DNA of 63,888 bases, the filler included, from Octopus bimaculoides (Eukaryota): NCBI RefSeq assembly GCF_001194135.2. It is 10 parts of 9 records of this genome, joined end to end, with 100 filler letters (N's around TTAATTAATTAA, not from the genome) between each part and the next. Parts side by side here need not be neighbours in the genome. Positions count along the whole stretch, not along the records: positions 4,510 to 16,385 come from NC_068985.1; positions 16,486 to 34,894 come from NC_068986.1; 8 more parts are not named here. One strand, given 5' to 3'. The translations under genes were made by a program, and so were the position numbers. Numbering within the stretch: position 1 is the stretch's first letter; every line of letters begins with the position of its first letter. This document shows, in pieces, positions 11,234 through 22,282 of the stretch. The notes under the pieces are model-generated. The model did no database searches, was not told the DNA's origin, and saw only the letters and a program-made list of their open reading frames with translations.

Positions 11234-11794
11234 NNNNNNNNNNNNNNNNNNNNNNNNNNNNNNNNNNNNNNNNNNNNNNNNNNNNNNNNNNNNNNNNNNN
11301 NNNNNNNNNNNNNNNNNNNNNNNNNNNNNNNNNNNNNNNNNNNNNNNNNNNNNNNNNNNNNNNNNNNNNNNNNNNNNNNNNNNNNNNNNTATATATATAT
11401 ATGTACATAAGGGAGAGAGAGAGAGAGAATGATAGAGAATGTATGAGAGGCAGAGAAAGAATTGCAGAAAGCAAATGCAAAGCCAACTTCATTGTCATCG
11501 CTCTGTGCTATTACGATGGATGATGGCAGATTAAACATTCGCACAGGTTATGCAGGAATTCATAAGATCTAAAATAGCTGAAAAGAGCTATTATTTTGTT
11601 TTCTTTTGAGAACAAAGAGAAGAATCCCATCGAATCAGACAGACGATTAGCAGCGTGGCCGCGAAAAATATCCCAATCAAAATAAAATTCAATGAATAAC
11701 ATGGAGAAACAAGATGGCGGAATGTGTATGTATGTATGTAAGCGTACGTCAGTATATGCCTGTTATTTTTACCACTCGGTATGCGTCATGACGC
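11004..11794. promoter_or_regulatory. Possible housekeeping-type promoter
   Basis: ETS site ACTTCCGGT (11004-11012), YY1 site CAAGATGGCGG (11710-11720), perfect palindrome GCGTCATGACGC (11783-11794), local CpG enrichment. No transcript evidence. Confidence 0.3.
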
Positions 11795-12027
11795 TGTTTT
11801 TTTGGGGTTTTTTTTCGCTGATCAGAAGCTTGCTTCCACACAAATAAACACAAACGCATACACACACTCGTGCAACCGCATGCACCCACCGCAAGTACAC
11901 TATGTATCTCTGTACCTAGTTTATGCCTGTCAATCGTGAGAACGTATTTTATTTGAAGACTGTCACCGAACTTCTACGTATGTTTTTTTCTATGTTCAAT
12001 AAATATCTGATCTCCTCCTCCTCCTTT

Positions 12028-12091
<64 letters not shown>

Positions 12092-12240
12092 ACTGCTGCT
12101 GCTGCTGTATTAATTTCCTTTTTGCTCTTTATTCTGTGTTATCATTCATGGCTAAAGCCATTCTGGAGCAGCGGTTTTAACAGTCTACGTTTGTGTGACC
12201 AGATATATAGGTGTTCACATATGTGAGCACACACTTTAGG

Positions 12241-12326
<86 letters not shown>

Positions 12327-12539
12327 CGAAATGATTCATGTAGGTATGTGCTTTAGAAGAGTGTGTTTAGTTGGTACTGTTGTGCTGAGAAATCGGGAAG
12401 TATAGAGCGTTGAGGTGTGCCATGGAGAAATAACCTAAGTGCTTTTTAAACGTTAGCTGTTAGAGTAGCTGAATCGGTTGCAAAAAGTGACAAACCATAG
12501 GCTTCAAGAAATGAATTAGCTGAGTATGTTCTTAAGTAT

Positions 12540-14190
12540 TCTACAGTTCGAAAATTTGATCAAAGAAGAGCTCGCTGCTGGTCTGCAGGCACCTGATATT
12601 GAAAAAGAGTCCTGTCCAGTTGGAATTTATTTGTGACTCCCTCTAGCTTACTATATTTTTTACTTAGCCATGTGATCGCACACATTAAATATTATAGGCG
12701 CTGGCATACATCTCTCCTGAGCTTCAGTTTCTACACTGAAGGGAATAGGTTTCAGCCTTCTTGCAACAACACGAGCCATCGTCTCCGTGCAGAATTGGCG
12801 GAGAAGTATCGGGAATCTGAGCGGACATCTAAACCTGATTCCACAGAAATCTAATGTTTGTTGTGTCAAGAGCCTTTCACGGACCACAAAAATACGATGA
12901 ATGAATTCTGATATTGTTCCTTAAACTTCTCCTGAAGTTACCTTGTAACGAAGATCATGTTGACATGTCAACTGTCTGTCAGTTCCTGCGGAAACCGCAT
13001 TGTGATTCTGGTGTGATGTTTTCGGATATCGATCAGATCAGTCTTTTGACCTTAATCCTGATAAGGATCTTCTCAGCTATAAACAAAAGTATTATAACCC
13101 ACTGATGGAACAGACAGATTTTACTCCTTGGGTTTTGCAGTAGATGATGTTAGCATCCCTCCAATACTAAGGTATTTATCAGAATAAATACCTTAATAAT
13201 ATTTTCACGCTTCTGTGAAGCAGCAAAGAAGCGTTCATATACAAAAGGTAACTAATGTTATTTATGAATTCTACCAGAATGTTATTCGGTCCAGAAGATT
13301 ACCTGGTTTTTAAACTTTTGAAATGGAGCATAATTTTCCGCAAAATATTGCAGTACATCAACACAATAAATTATAGACGTTTCAGGAAATCCCTCCATGC
13401 CTTTTGGATTCACTGATTTAGACTGGTTTAAGAGCTAACCGAATTGCTCTCTCTAGCGCTCCTCTATTATTAACTGGTCTTTTAGAAAAAAAATGCTGTC
13501 TGATGATGACTTCACTCATGCCATGAAACTATTCATGTGACGATAGTATTTACCCATCATAAGAATTCTGCATGGCATATCTATCTCCATACGTTTCGAT
13601 TGTTTAGTACTTTACAAGCGACTATTCTCTTTTCAGAGTGCAAAGTGAAGAAGAGCTTGTCACTATTCTGTAGACCTTGTGAATATCATTCAGTAGTCGA
13701 TCGATTGTACTGTAGTTCTCATTGGACCAGTTTCAATATTATCCGGTTTGAAATCAATATTTTGGTAACAGTATCTTAGAGGATAGAACTTCAGCGGAAT
13801 AATTTGTCATTCATGCGAGTATCCAAGGATTTCAGGAACCCTAGTAGCAAGAAAGTAAAAAAAGAAAAATCTTTACAAATACCGTGACTATCATGTTTGC
13901 AGTAATTCAGTCTTTTGATGTTCAACATTCTGGAGAATTGTAAGAAGCGCATGGACAGTGTGACGTTTGTTCGTATCATGCAATAGTCTGTTCAACACCC
14001 AGTTCACCGTATTGCGCGCGTGAGCAAAACATCCTTGCGATTTTCCGGTCTGATCATCAATAAGTAGCCTATGTTTTGATCTAGGAGGCGTTTATAAGCT
14101 TATGGTGTTATCATTCTGCTGGTAATTGATAATGGTAATATTAAGAGTGTTCTTCGATCTCAATATTACCTACAAGACGAAGAGCTATTA
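12540..14190 (-). mobile_element. RTE (BovB-like) LINE, decayed ORF2 (APE end plus RT)
   Basis: Reverse frames give PRSKH, WRDANII, AEKILIR, TPESQCGFRR, LQEKFKEQ and PAPIIFN remnants of RTE motifs; many stops and frameshifts. Confidence 0.85.
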
Positions 14191-14844
14191 GAGGTATTTA
14201 GATCTTGGTGGATTTGAGTATGAGCTCAGACCGCTAAACCAACATACACCATCACAAGTTTCTGCACACTGTGGGCCTGAACCCAATACCAAGTGAATAC
14301 AAAATGAGCCCTTCGGTTACTCATTGCCCTTAGACCTTATTTGAATAAGAAAATCAGAAACAAAAATAATCAGACAATCATTACTTTTCAATACCAAACC
14401 GTATAACACAAAGACCGCAATTCAGTGACTGGTCTTGTAAAAGAATTGAATATAAACCTCAACACATTTTAAAATAAATACATTTTATTGTATTATATTT
14501 CATAACGAATAAGTTTTTAAAAAAATAATAACATTAATTATATAAAATTATATTCTCGTGGCTTGAAATGATATTGTATTTTTTATGAGTGAATAATTAG
14601 AAGAAATAAAATCAATTTTTCTAAGGCGTGGTTCTTTTCAGACAGTGTGTATTAATTAATGTAATGTTATCTTGAGATATCTATCCAACTAAAGAAAAAA
14701 AGACCTATTTTTTTTTTAATGTACATTTTAAAGCTTGTTAATTAGTGTGTTGCGTTATGAATTATGTATACGACTTTGGATGTGAAAATAACGTATAATC
14801 ATTATCATCGTCGTCCTCCTCCTTCTCTTCCTCGTCCTCATCTT

Positions 14845-14846
14845 TC

Positions 14847-14903
<57 letters not shown>

Positions 14904-14904
14904 G

Positions 14905-14954
<50 letters not shown>

Positions 14955-14955
14955 G

Positions 14956-15009
<54 letters not shown>
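14845..15009. repeat. (CAT)n microsatellite with CAG interruptions, ending in (CAG)n
   Basis: Directly visible; explains the poly-H/M/D ORFs. Confidence 0.95.
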
Positions 15010-15010
<1 letters not shown>

Positions 15011-15561
15011 NNNNNNNNNNCAATTTTGTTTCCATTTCTCGCCGAGTGTCTTCCCAACACCTAGGTCAAAGAAACTCACTGTATACATTGGTTGGTCATC
15101 AAAACAAACACAACAGATTGTTCATGTTCATTTACAAAATCATGTGACAGAAGAATAGCGAAGGAAGAGAGAGGAAAGAAGGAAAAAATAAAACAAAGAA
15201 AATAACAGGGAAAAAGAAAGAAAATTCACAGCGACATGGCTCTTCTCAATATGTGTGAATCAGGGATCATTCTCAAATAATTTCCAGTTCCCTTTTTAAT
15301 CATTCCAAGTGCTCCTACAATCACTGGTATTGTAACCGTCATGAGATGCCACATTTTTTTTCAATTTCAATCAGCAAGTCTTTATATTTTCTGAGTTTAT
15401 CAAAATTATTTTGCCGAGAAAATTATGATCACAAGTTATGCTCATGTCAATCAATAAACAGATGGTATCGTTTTGGTCTTTCGCAACAATATCTAGTTTA
15501 TTATTATATTATTTACATTATTTACATTCGACGGATATTTGTCCTCATCTTGTTTGTTGTT

Positions 15562-15607
15562 AACACAACGTTTCGGCTGATATACTCTCCAGCCTTCTTC
15601 AGGTGTC
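15562..15607 (-). ncRNA. Minimal type I hammerhead ribozyme (Penelope-type)
   Basis: GACAC-CUGAAGA-A-GGCUG(GAGAGUAUAU)CAGCC-GAAAC-GUU|GUGUU: core intact, 5-bp helix II, helix I GACAC/GUGUU, palindromic AACGUU helix III. Confidence 0.75.
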
Positions 15608-15682
15608 TTGGGGTTGATATACACTCCAGCCTTCAGCAGGTGTCTTCGAACCTAGGTTGTCATTCCTAAGATATTTTTTCGA

Positions 15683-15734
<52 letters not shown>

Positions 15735-15821
15735 GTTGTTGTTGTTGTTGTTGTTCAGGTCACTGCTTGGAATTGAACTCGGAATTTTGGGGTTAGTAGC
15801 TCCAAGATTAATAATAGTAAT

Positions 15822-15973
<152 letters not shown>

Positions 15974-16012
15974 TTACAACGAAAGCTTTAGGAATGAGAA
16001 CCCAGGTTCGAA

Positions 16013-16055
16013 GATATCTGAAGGCTGGATGGTATATCAGCCGAAACGTTGTGTT
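16013..16055 (+). ncRNA. Defective copy of the same hammerhead
   Basis: GAUAU-CUGAAGGCUG(GAUGGUAUAU)CAGCC-GAAACGUU-GUGUU; a 3-nt deletion removes core A9 and helix I is weakened. Confidence 0.55.
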
Positions 16056-16485
16056 AACAACAAACAAGATGAGGACAAATATCCGTTGAATGTAAATAAT
16101 GTAGATAATGTACATAAATCCTCATCTCTTAAATAAAGAACTGTAATATCTAGTGTATTAGCTTTGATGGTTCGATCTGTATGTTCTGGAAAGTCTTAAA
16201 CAATCGTTACATTTTCTCCCTCAGTCACAGATGCCAACGTATTATCCAGTATAGATAATGGCCAACTGTCATATCCAGATTTATACCTTACTGGTGCAAA
16301 AACCTTACACTTAGAGATTAAGTGGTCCTCTGTTTCAATCTCATCGTTGCAATATCGGCACTTTGGATCTACTCCATTTTTCATCNNNNNNNNNNNNNNN
16401 NNNNNNNNNNNNNNNNNNNNNNNNNNNNNTTAATTAATTAANNNNNNNNNNNNNNNNNNNNNNNNNNNNNNNNNNNNNNNNNNNN

Positions 16486-16725
16486 GGCACATAAAAGACA
16501 CCATTTCGAGCGTGGCCGTTTTCGTGCGGGTGACACGTAAAAGCACCCACTACACTCTCTGAGTGGTTGGCGTTAGGAAGGGCATCCAGCTGTAGAAACT
16601 CTGCCAAATCAGACTGGAGCCTGGTGTTGCCATCCGGTTTCACCAGTCCTCAGTCAAATCGTCCAACCCATGCTAGCATGGAAAGCGGACGTTAAACGAT
16701 GATGATGATGATGATGATGATGATG
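16486..16725 (+). mobile_element. SINE with V-domain-like core and RTE-type tail (family D)
   Basis: GTTGGCGTTAGGAAGGGCATCCAGCTGTAGAAAC core; tail CCAACCCATGCTAGCATGGAAAGCGGACGTTAAAC(GAT)n; second copy at about 37620. Confidence 0.75.
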
Positions 16726-17154
16726 CATATTGATACAATGAAAATTGAAGTGTCCATCAATATATTTCCTGAACACTGATATACAGTAGTTTTCAGACAC
16801 AAATGTATATACACATACACATGATTGGCTTCAGCAAAGTTTCCACTCTCCAAATTGCACTGTGTTAGTCAACATATGTTTTATGAGTGGTATTTGTTCA
16901 GTGGAAACTTACTGAATCCTGTTCTGTGTGTGTTTGTCTAAAAATTGCTGTATCCTAGAACTTCTGGAAAATTTACCGGAGTGATTGTAGTTAAGCCTTA
17001 GGATTGCAATGTAGTTAGGATTGTGATTGTAGTTAAGCACAATATATATAAATGCCTTAAATTTGGGATAAAATTAAGTAACGTATATCACCATAAATGC
17101 TTCAAGGATTGCTTTTCCTTAGTGGTATTACAACAACTTTTATATGTTTTGCAG

Positions 17155-17433
17155 TTTATTTCTGGTGAAGTCTATGATGTAGATGGGAAGATGCTCACAC
17201 GACTCGATGAACTTGAACAGCATCCAGATGTTTACAAACGTGAAAAGATATCAGTTATTTCCAACGGCAATAGTTTTATGTCCTGGTGCTATATCCTTCA
17301 GAAGCCTAAGCCTAAACTTCTTGACCTAGAATTTCTTGATAATTACAACAACAACAACAGTGCTGAAAAGGATAAATATATCAGGCGTACTAAAGATGAT
17401 ACTCCTTTTCTTCCACAAGTGATGGAAAGTTAA
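17155..17433 (+). CDS. GGACT: Gamma-glutamylaminecyclotransferase-like last coding exon, copy 1
   Basis: TTTTGCAG acceptor, phase 0. FISGEVYDVDGKMLTRLDELEQHPDVYKR aligns with the GGACT/AIG2-like GEVYxVDxxML..LDxxE..P..YxR motif, with the catalytic Glu kept. 92 aa plus TAA. The N-terminal YGTLK exon was not found in the sequenced bases. Confidence 0.85.
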   Translation, partial: FISGEVYDVDGKMLTRLDELEQHPDVYKREKISVISNGNSFMSWCYILQKPKPKLLDLEFLDNYNNNNSAEKDKYIRRTKDDTPFLPQVMES

Positions 17434-17770
17434 CTTTCAACTCTAATGTTATGTTAACTCTTATGTATGTATAAGAGTTACCATACATTTGTATAAAATC
17501 ATGTTTTAATTCGATTTTATGAGAATTAAAGATAAATCAAATATATTTTACCACTTTTACTGATGTCTCAACTACTTATAATTTTACTTTTTAATGGCTT
17601 GGTCTAAGGGGAAAATCTAGGGTTTTTGACTTTTTATGGTCAAAAACCCTATAGAGTGATTGTAGTTAAGCCTTTGGATTGCGATGAGATTAACGAATAA
17701 ATATCACCATAAATGCTTCAAGAATTGCTTTTCCTTGGTGGTGTAACAACAACTTTTGTATTCTTTGCAG

Positions 17771-18049
17771 TTTATTTCTGGTGAAGTCTACGAAGTAGAT
17801 AAGAAAATGCTCAAGCAACTTGATGAGTTTGAACTGCATCCAGATGTCTACAAACGTGAAAAGATATCAGTTATTTCCAACAACAATAGTCTTATGTCCT
17901 GGTGCTATATTCTTCAGAGACCTAAGCCTAAACTTCTAAATCTAAAATTTCTCGATAATTACAACAACAATAGCTGTGCTGAAGAGGATAAATATATCGG
18001 GGATACGGAAGAAGATACTTTTTATCCATCTCAAGTAATGGAAAGTTAA
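17771..18049 (+). CDS. GGACT: Gamma-glutamylaminecyclotransferase-like last coding exon, copy 2
   Basis: TCTTTGCAG acceptor, phase 0. FISGEVYEVDKKMLKQLDEFELHPDVYKR..; intact 92 aa plus TAA, same length as copy 1. Confidence 0.8.
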   Translation, partial: FISGEVYEVDKKMLKQLDEFELHPDVYKREKISVISNNNSLMSWCYILQRPKPKLLNLKFLDNYNNNSCAEEDKYIGDTEEDTFYPSQVMES

Positions 18050-18249
18050 CTTGTAACTCTAATGTTACATTAACTCTTACATACGTATAAGAGTTACCAT
18101 ACATTTGTATAAAATCATGTTTTAATTCGATTTTATGAGAATTAACGATAAATCAAAATATATTTTATCACTTTTGTCGATGTCTCAACTACTTATAATT
18201 TTACTTTTTTAATGGGGAAAGACTAGGGTTTTTGACTTTTTATGGAACT

Positions 18250-18480
18250 ATATCATTTCTATGAGGTTTAGGATCCTGAAATCAGGCTTCACCACTTCAT
18301 CACATGTCTTCCTAGAGCTCCCGCTTCTGCAAACTCCATTGAGTGCCACTTCCTTTTACAACTGGCATCATCCATAAACATCACATGTCCATACCATTGC
18401 TGTCATCTTTCTGGCACACTATATCTGATTCCTTTGATGCCCAGTTTTTCTCCCAGTACAAGTCTCTAGTTTGGATATAG
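18250..18480 (-). mobile_element. RTE LINE 3' end fragment
   Basis: Reverse strand: LGIKGIRY..WYGHVM..MDDASC, then a decayed GRPRKT.DEVV motif. Confidence 0.75.
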
Positions 18481-19254
18481 CTTCCCCCGAGCCCCATTTT
18501 AAAGGGTCAGAACACTGCCTAACCGTAAAAGAAAAAATTCCTAAAATGACTGGATGATCATGGCTAGAATACCTTCGATTATAGGTCTGTTTTTCTTAAG
18601 GATGATTGTGGGGCTAAAGAATGGCTACTTCATTCACTTCAACCCAACAAATCCCAGCCTTTTCTCTCAAACAAGTCTTTGAAGCTATGTCATATCCTTG
18701 CTAATATTCCACTCTTTTTCTACATGGATCTATGGAAACATATAGCAAGACAGCTCCTACATGTCAGCCATTATCCTCACTTGTTGGTATCTCAAAGATG
18801 ATAAGAAATAATCTTAAGCAACCTCATTCCTCATCTAACGTTCCAAGGATTCTTCTAAAACACCGTCTTTGTAAAAGAGGAGTCAACAATAACTGAGGCA
18901 CTATGCGGTCTCACTACCTCCAGTGCTAAAAGGCATACTCACAGAGCTTATAAATGATCAACAGCTAATACATTTGATATAAAATGTAAAACCCCTATGC
19001 ACACACACACACACCTGAAACTGCAAATCTGACACAGTGTATATTAAGTATAGTCAATTACAGCATCAAATGGAGATAAAAACAATGTATCCAGTGATGC
19101 TCTGTGAGAATTTTTTCTTTGTTCAAGCTCTGGACAAAATATTTATGGCTATTTTATCCTGAGTTCAAATTCTACTAAGTTGAGTTACTTTTGGAGTTAA
19201 TAAAGGGCCTATTAGATAATTTGTATTGATTTAGTAATTTAGTTGTTCCTAGAT

Positions 19255-19625
19255 GTACTGGGAGAGAGTTTTAAAGAATTGAGGCTCTACTCCCTGGAGA
19301 GAAGATACCAAAGATATGCAGTGATATATGTATGAAAGATCCTGGAAAGTTCGGTGCCCAACTTTGAGATTGAAAGCTATACCAATTTCTTGTCCTGTCC
19401 TTTCTGTGAAGAGTGAGATCCAATTACTGTAACAGCTTAGGCTTCATAGACTCGCAACTTTTCAATACTGTGCCAAAAGACCTCGTGTAGATATGGATGT
19501 GTTCAAAGACAAATTAGGCAAATTCCGATGTGATAGAGCTGATAAATCCACATCACAGCAAGAAATGCAAAGAAGAACAGCCCTGATTAACTCATTACTT
19601 CATCAGAACCAATTCCAGAGACAAG
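19255..19625 (+). mobile_element. CR1-group LINE 3' end fragment
   Basis: KELRLYSLERR..YAVIY..KILE..VPNF..QLFNTVPKDL..DVFKDKL..NSLLHQ. Confidence 0.75.
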
Positions 19626-20266
19626 ACTGGGAAATGAGTCTAAAATATAAAAAAAAAAAAACCTTAACATCCCAGCATTGCCACAACCCCTGGCTAAAAC
19701 TGATAAGAGAATTTTTACAAAGCCTCCTAAATGTAAATGAAACGACAGTCTAAGAAGACTATTTGAAATCTGTGAATGTTTCAGTTGTCTTACAGTTTCT
19801 AGATTTAATCATTCCATGAAGACATTTATATTTCAAGGACTCAAAATTATGTGAAAGTACAGATGCAAGTACAAGTCAACACTTCCATATTGTTTTGGCA
19901 ATCCTTACTGCAAGAGATATAGTAGTATACTTTGGAAAACCGCAATTTTCACTGTTTCAAAAAAATTGCACCAGAGGCTTTCTGGGACAATATTCTTCAA
20001 GATTTTTTGTATTCCACACATTTATTATTATGCAGGGTACTTAATAGTACCCCTTTCTCAAGATTCTTGGTTGCAGTTATAGATTCAAGTGTGGATGATC
20101 ACATACCATCATGTCTTACTGAATCTAGCCTTGGTTTTTTTTCCTCAAAAGAATTTTTTTTGCAGTGAAGAAGAATTAAAAAATTGAATTGTGTTTGTGT
20201 TCGCTATTTCTTTGGTAGGAATCAATCAACTGTCTCAATACAAAATATGCCTCCTTGTTATATTTG

Positions 20267-20419
20267 CTACATGTAAAAGGATTTCGATCTCTCCTCATCC
20301 AAAACGTTCCATTCAGAGTAAGTCTGGGGCATACTCTGAGTGAGATTAGCTGCAAACAAGAATTTGTACCTTTGTAATGAGATTGTGAGAATGTCACACT
20401 GGGTCTGATTGAAATGTAC
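20267..20419 (-). CDS. Candidate last coding exon of an unidentified minus-strand gene
   Basis: TTTCCTGACAG acceptor; phase-0 frame VHFNQTQCDILTISLQRYKFLFAANLTQSMPQTYSEWNVLDEERSKSFYM*; AATAAA about 240 nt downstream on the minus strand. Confidence 0.45.
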   Translation of the reverse strand, partial: VHFNQTQCDILTISLQRYKFLFAANLTQSMPQTYSEWNVLDEERSKSFYM

Positions 20420-20641
20420 CTGTCAGGAAACTCACAAATACTGAGAATAGCATAATTAAAGGATGTAAAAGGATGCTTTTAATTATTCCCAATGTTTCTA
20501 ACATCACAAATGACTGTAGTAGGTTGAATGCGTTACGAAAAAGAAATGTATTAGAATTTGGCCAACTTAATTTTTTTTAGTAGAGCTAGAAAGGGAGATA
20601 ACTCAAAACCTTGCTACTTCATTAGGCTGCATTTATCTTAC

Positions 20642-20704
20642 TTCCTTGACCAAAGATAAAATATTAGTTAACCCATGGGTGGGTGGGCAAAAAACTAGCG
20701 AAAC
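20642..20704 (-). CDS. Candidate penultimate exon of the same gene
   Basis: CTCATTTCCTGATGCCTAG acceptor, GAA|GTAAGA donor, 63 nt, phase 0-0, VSLVFCPPTHGLTNILSLVKE; in phase with 20419. Confidence 0.4.
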
Positions 20705-20919
20705 CTAGGCATCAGGAAATGAGTAGTGACGCTGATAGAGTCGTGAGTACATGACTGTAAACAAAATTCCTTCTTTACGTACCGAGAGATCGCCAGAACA
20801 AGATTAAAAGAATTGAAAACTGTAACAGCATCAGAAAAGAAGCAAATGAACAATTAAATAACAGCAATCAAAGATATCGTTTTATCGGACAAATTTAGTT
20901 TGTAGACTTAATTCGCCTG

Positions 20920-21023
20920 GCATCATCTGGCACTTTGAGTGTTCTCAGCAGAATCAACGCAAGCATTCGGCTGAGGTCTTCGGTTTGAAGATATTTTTCT
21001 TCTTCCCACCATCCTCTAAAATA
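20920..21023 (-). CDS. Candidate upstream exon of the same gene
   Basis: Protein-like frame RGWWEEEKYLQTEDLSRMLALILLRTLKVPDDA near a strong pyrimidine tract; the donor is unclear (possible GC donor). Confidence 0.3.
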
Positions 21024-21362
21024 CTATGGATACTGCTTTTCTGACTAAAAGATGAAAATAAAAAGTCTGTGAGAATCATTTATATTAATCCGGGGTGGGG
21101 TGGAGGTGCAGTTAAAACACATGTGCGTGGGTGCACACATGTATAAGCACACACTCATACAAATGCACACACTCATACATGTCATGCCATCATATAAATT
21201 ATTGCCATCGTATACATGTCAAGTATTGTCATTTAATAAACTCATTTGATTAATTACTTTAAACAATAGCAATTATGCTTTACATCCTGCTATCTCGGTG
21301 TAGAGCAAGCTATTGATGAATAGCTCCTATAGCTTCAACGCAGTCTTTAATTTAGGGATATG

Positions 21363-21833
21363 GGATCTTTCCCCTTTGAACGACAGATCGAGAAATCAAT
21401 TTTTGGTAACTAAACACTTTCAAACTTCGGACACTCTTTTCCCTTTGAAAGCCAAATCGAGAAATTAATTTTTTGTAACTAAGCACTTTCAAACTTCGGA
21501 CACTGGTAGAATGTGTCATATAGAACATCTTTTACTCTTGGTGTTGTTGAGAAAAGTTTATATTTTCAGAGTTATTTCGTGTTAAAGTAGTCGTATTTCG
21601 GTAATTTCAACCAATCAATGACGTGTACTCAGCTGAATAAAATTACTGTTGTTGTTTGTCAACAACAACTATCGGCGGTGTATATTTCGTTTGTCACGAA
21701 ATAACCTTGAAAATAGAAACTTTTCTCAACAACACTAAGAGTAAAAGATGTTTTATATGACAGTGTCCGAAGTTTGAAAGTGTTTAGTTACAAAAATTAA
21801 TTTCTCGATCTGCCGTTCAAAGGGTAAAGATCC
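21363..21833. mobile_element. Fold-back MITE with about 140-bp TIRs and duplicated left end
   Basis: GGATCTTTCCCCTTTGAACG..CACGAAAT arm is mirrored by ..CGTTCAAAGGGTAAAGATCC; the first ~70 bp occur twice on the left. Confidence 0.8.
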
Positions 21834-21856
21834 AGGATATGTTTACATGCTTTCTC

Positions 21857-22282
21857 AAACACTATTGTGTAAAATGGGTGTTTGCTTAACTCTCTAAACT
21901 CCATTATCTCGAATGGGTGTTTGTCGTACTTCAACACCATTGTCTACAATACCATACAACCCTAAACTCTATTGTCTAGAATAGGCGTCTGCCTAGTTCC
22001 CTAACCTTCACTGTGTTGAATAGATGTTGCCTAGCTCCTTAACCATCAATGACAAAAACTGACGTTTGCCTAGTTCCCTAAACACCGTCGACAGAATAGA
22101 CATTTGTCTAGCTTCCTAAACACCATTGCCTCAAATGAGTGTTTGCTTAGAAACCTAAACACCATTGTCAGAAAAGAGTTCTTGTCAGGTTCTGGAAACA
22201 CCATTGCCAAGAACGTGCCTAGCTCTCTAAACACTATTGTCAAGAATGGGCGTTTTCATAGCTCTTTAAAACCATTGTTAAG
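21857..22282. repeat. Diverged ~39-bp minisatellite, about 11.5 units
   Basis: Consensus near AAACACCATTGTCNAGAATGGGCGTTTGCCTAGTTCCCT; units are 31-39 bp. Confidence 0.8.

Noticed and set aside
21857-22282. CRISPR array interpretation
   Set aside because: Eukaryotic context, whole units are homologous with no unique spacers, and there are no cas genes.
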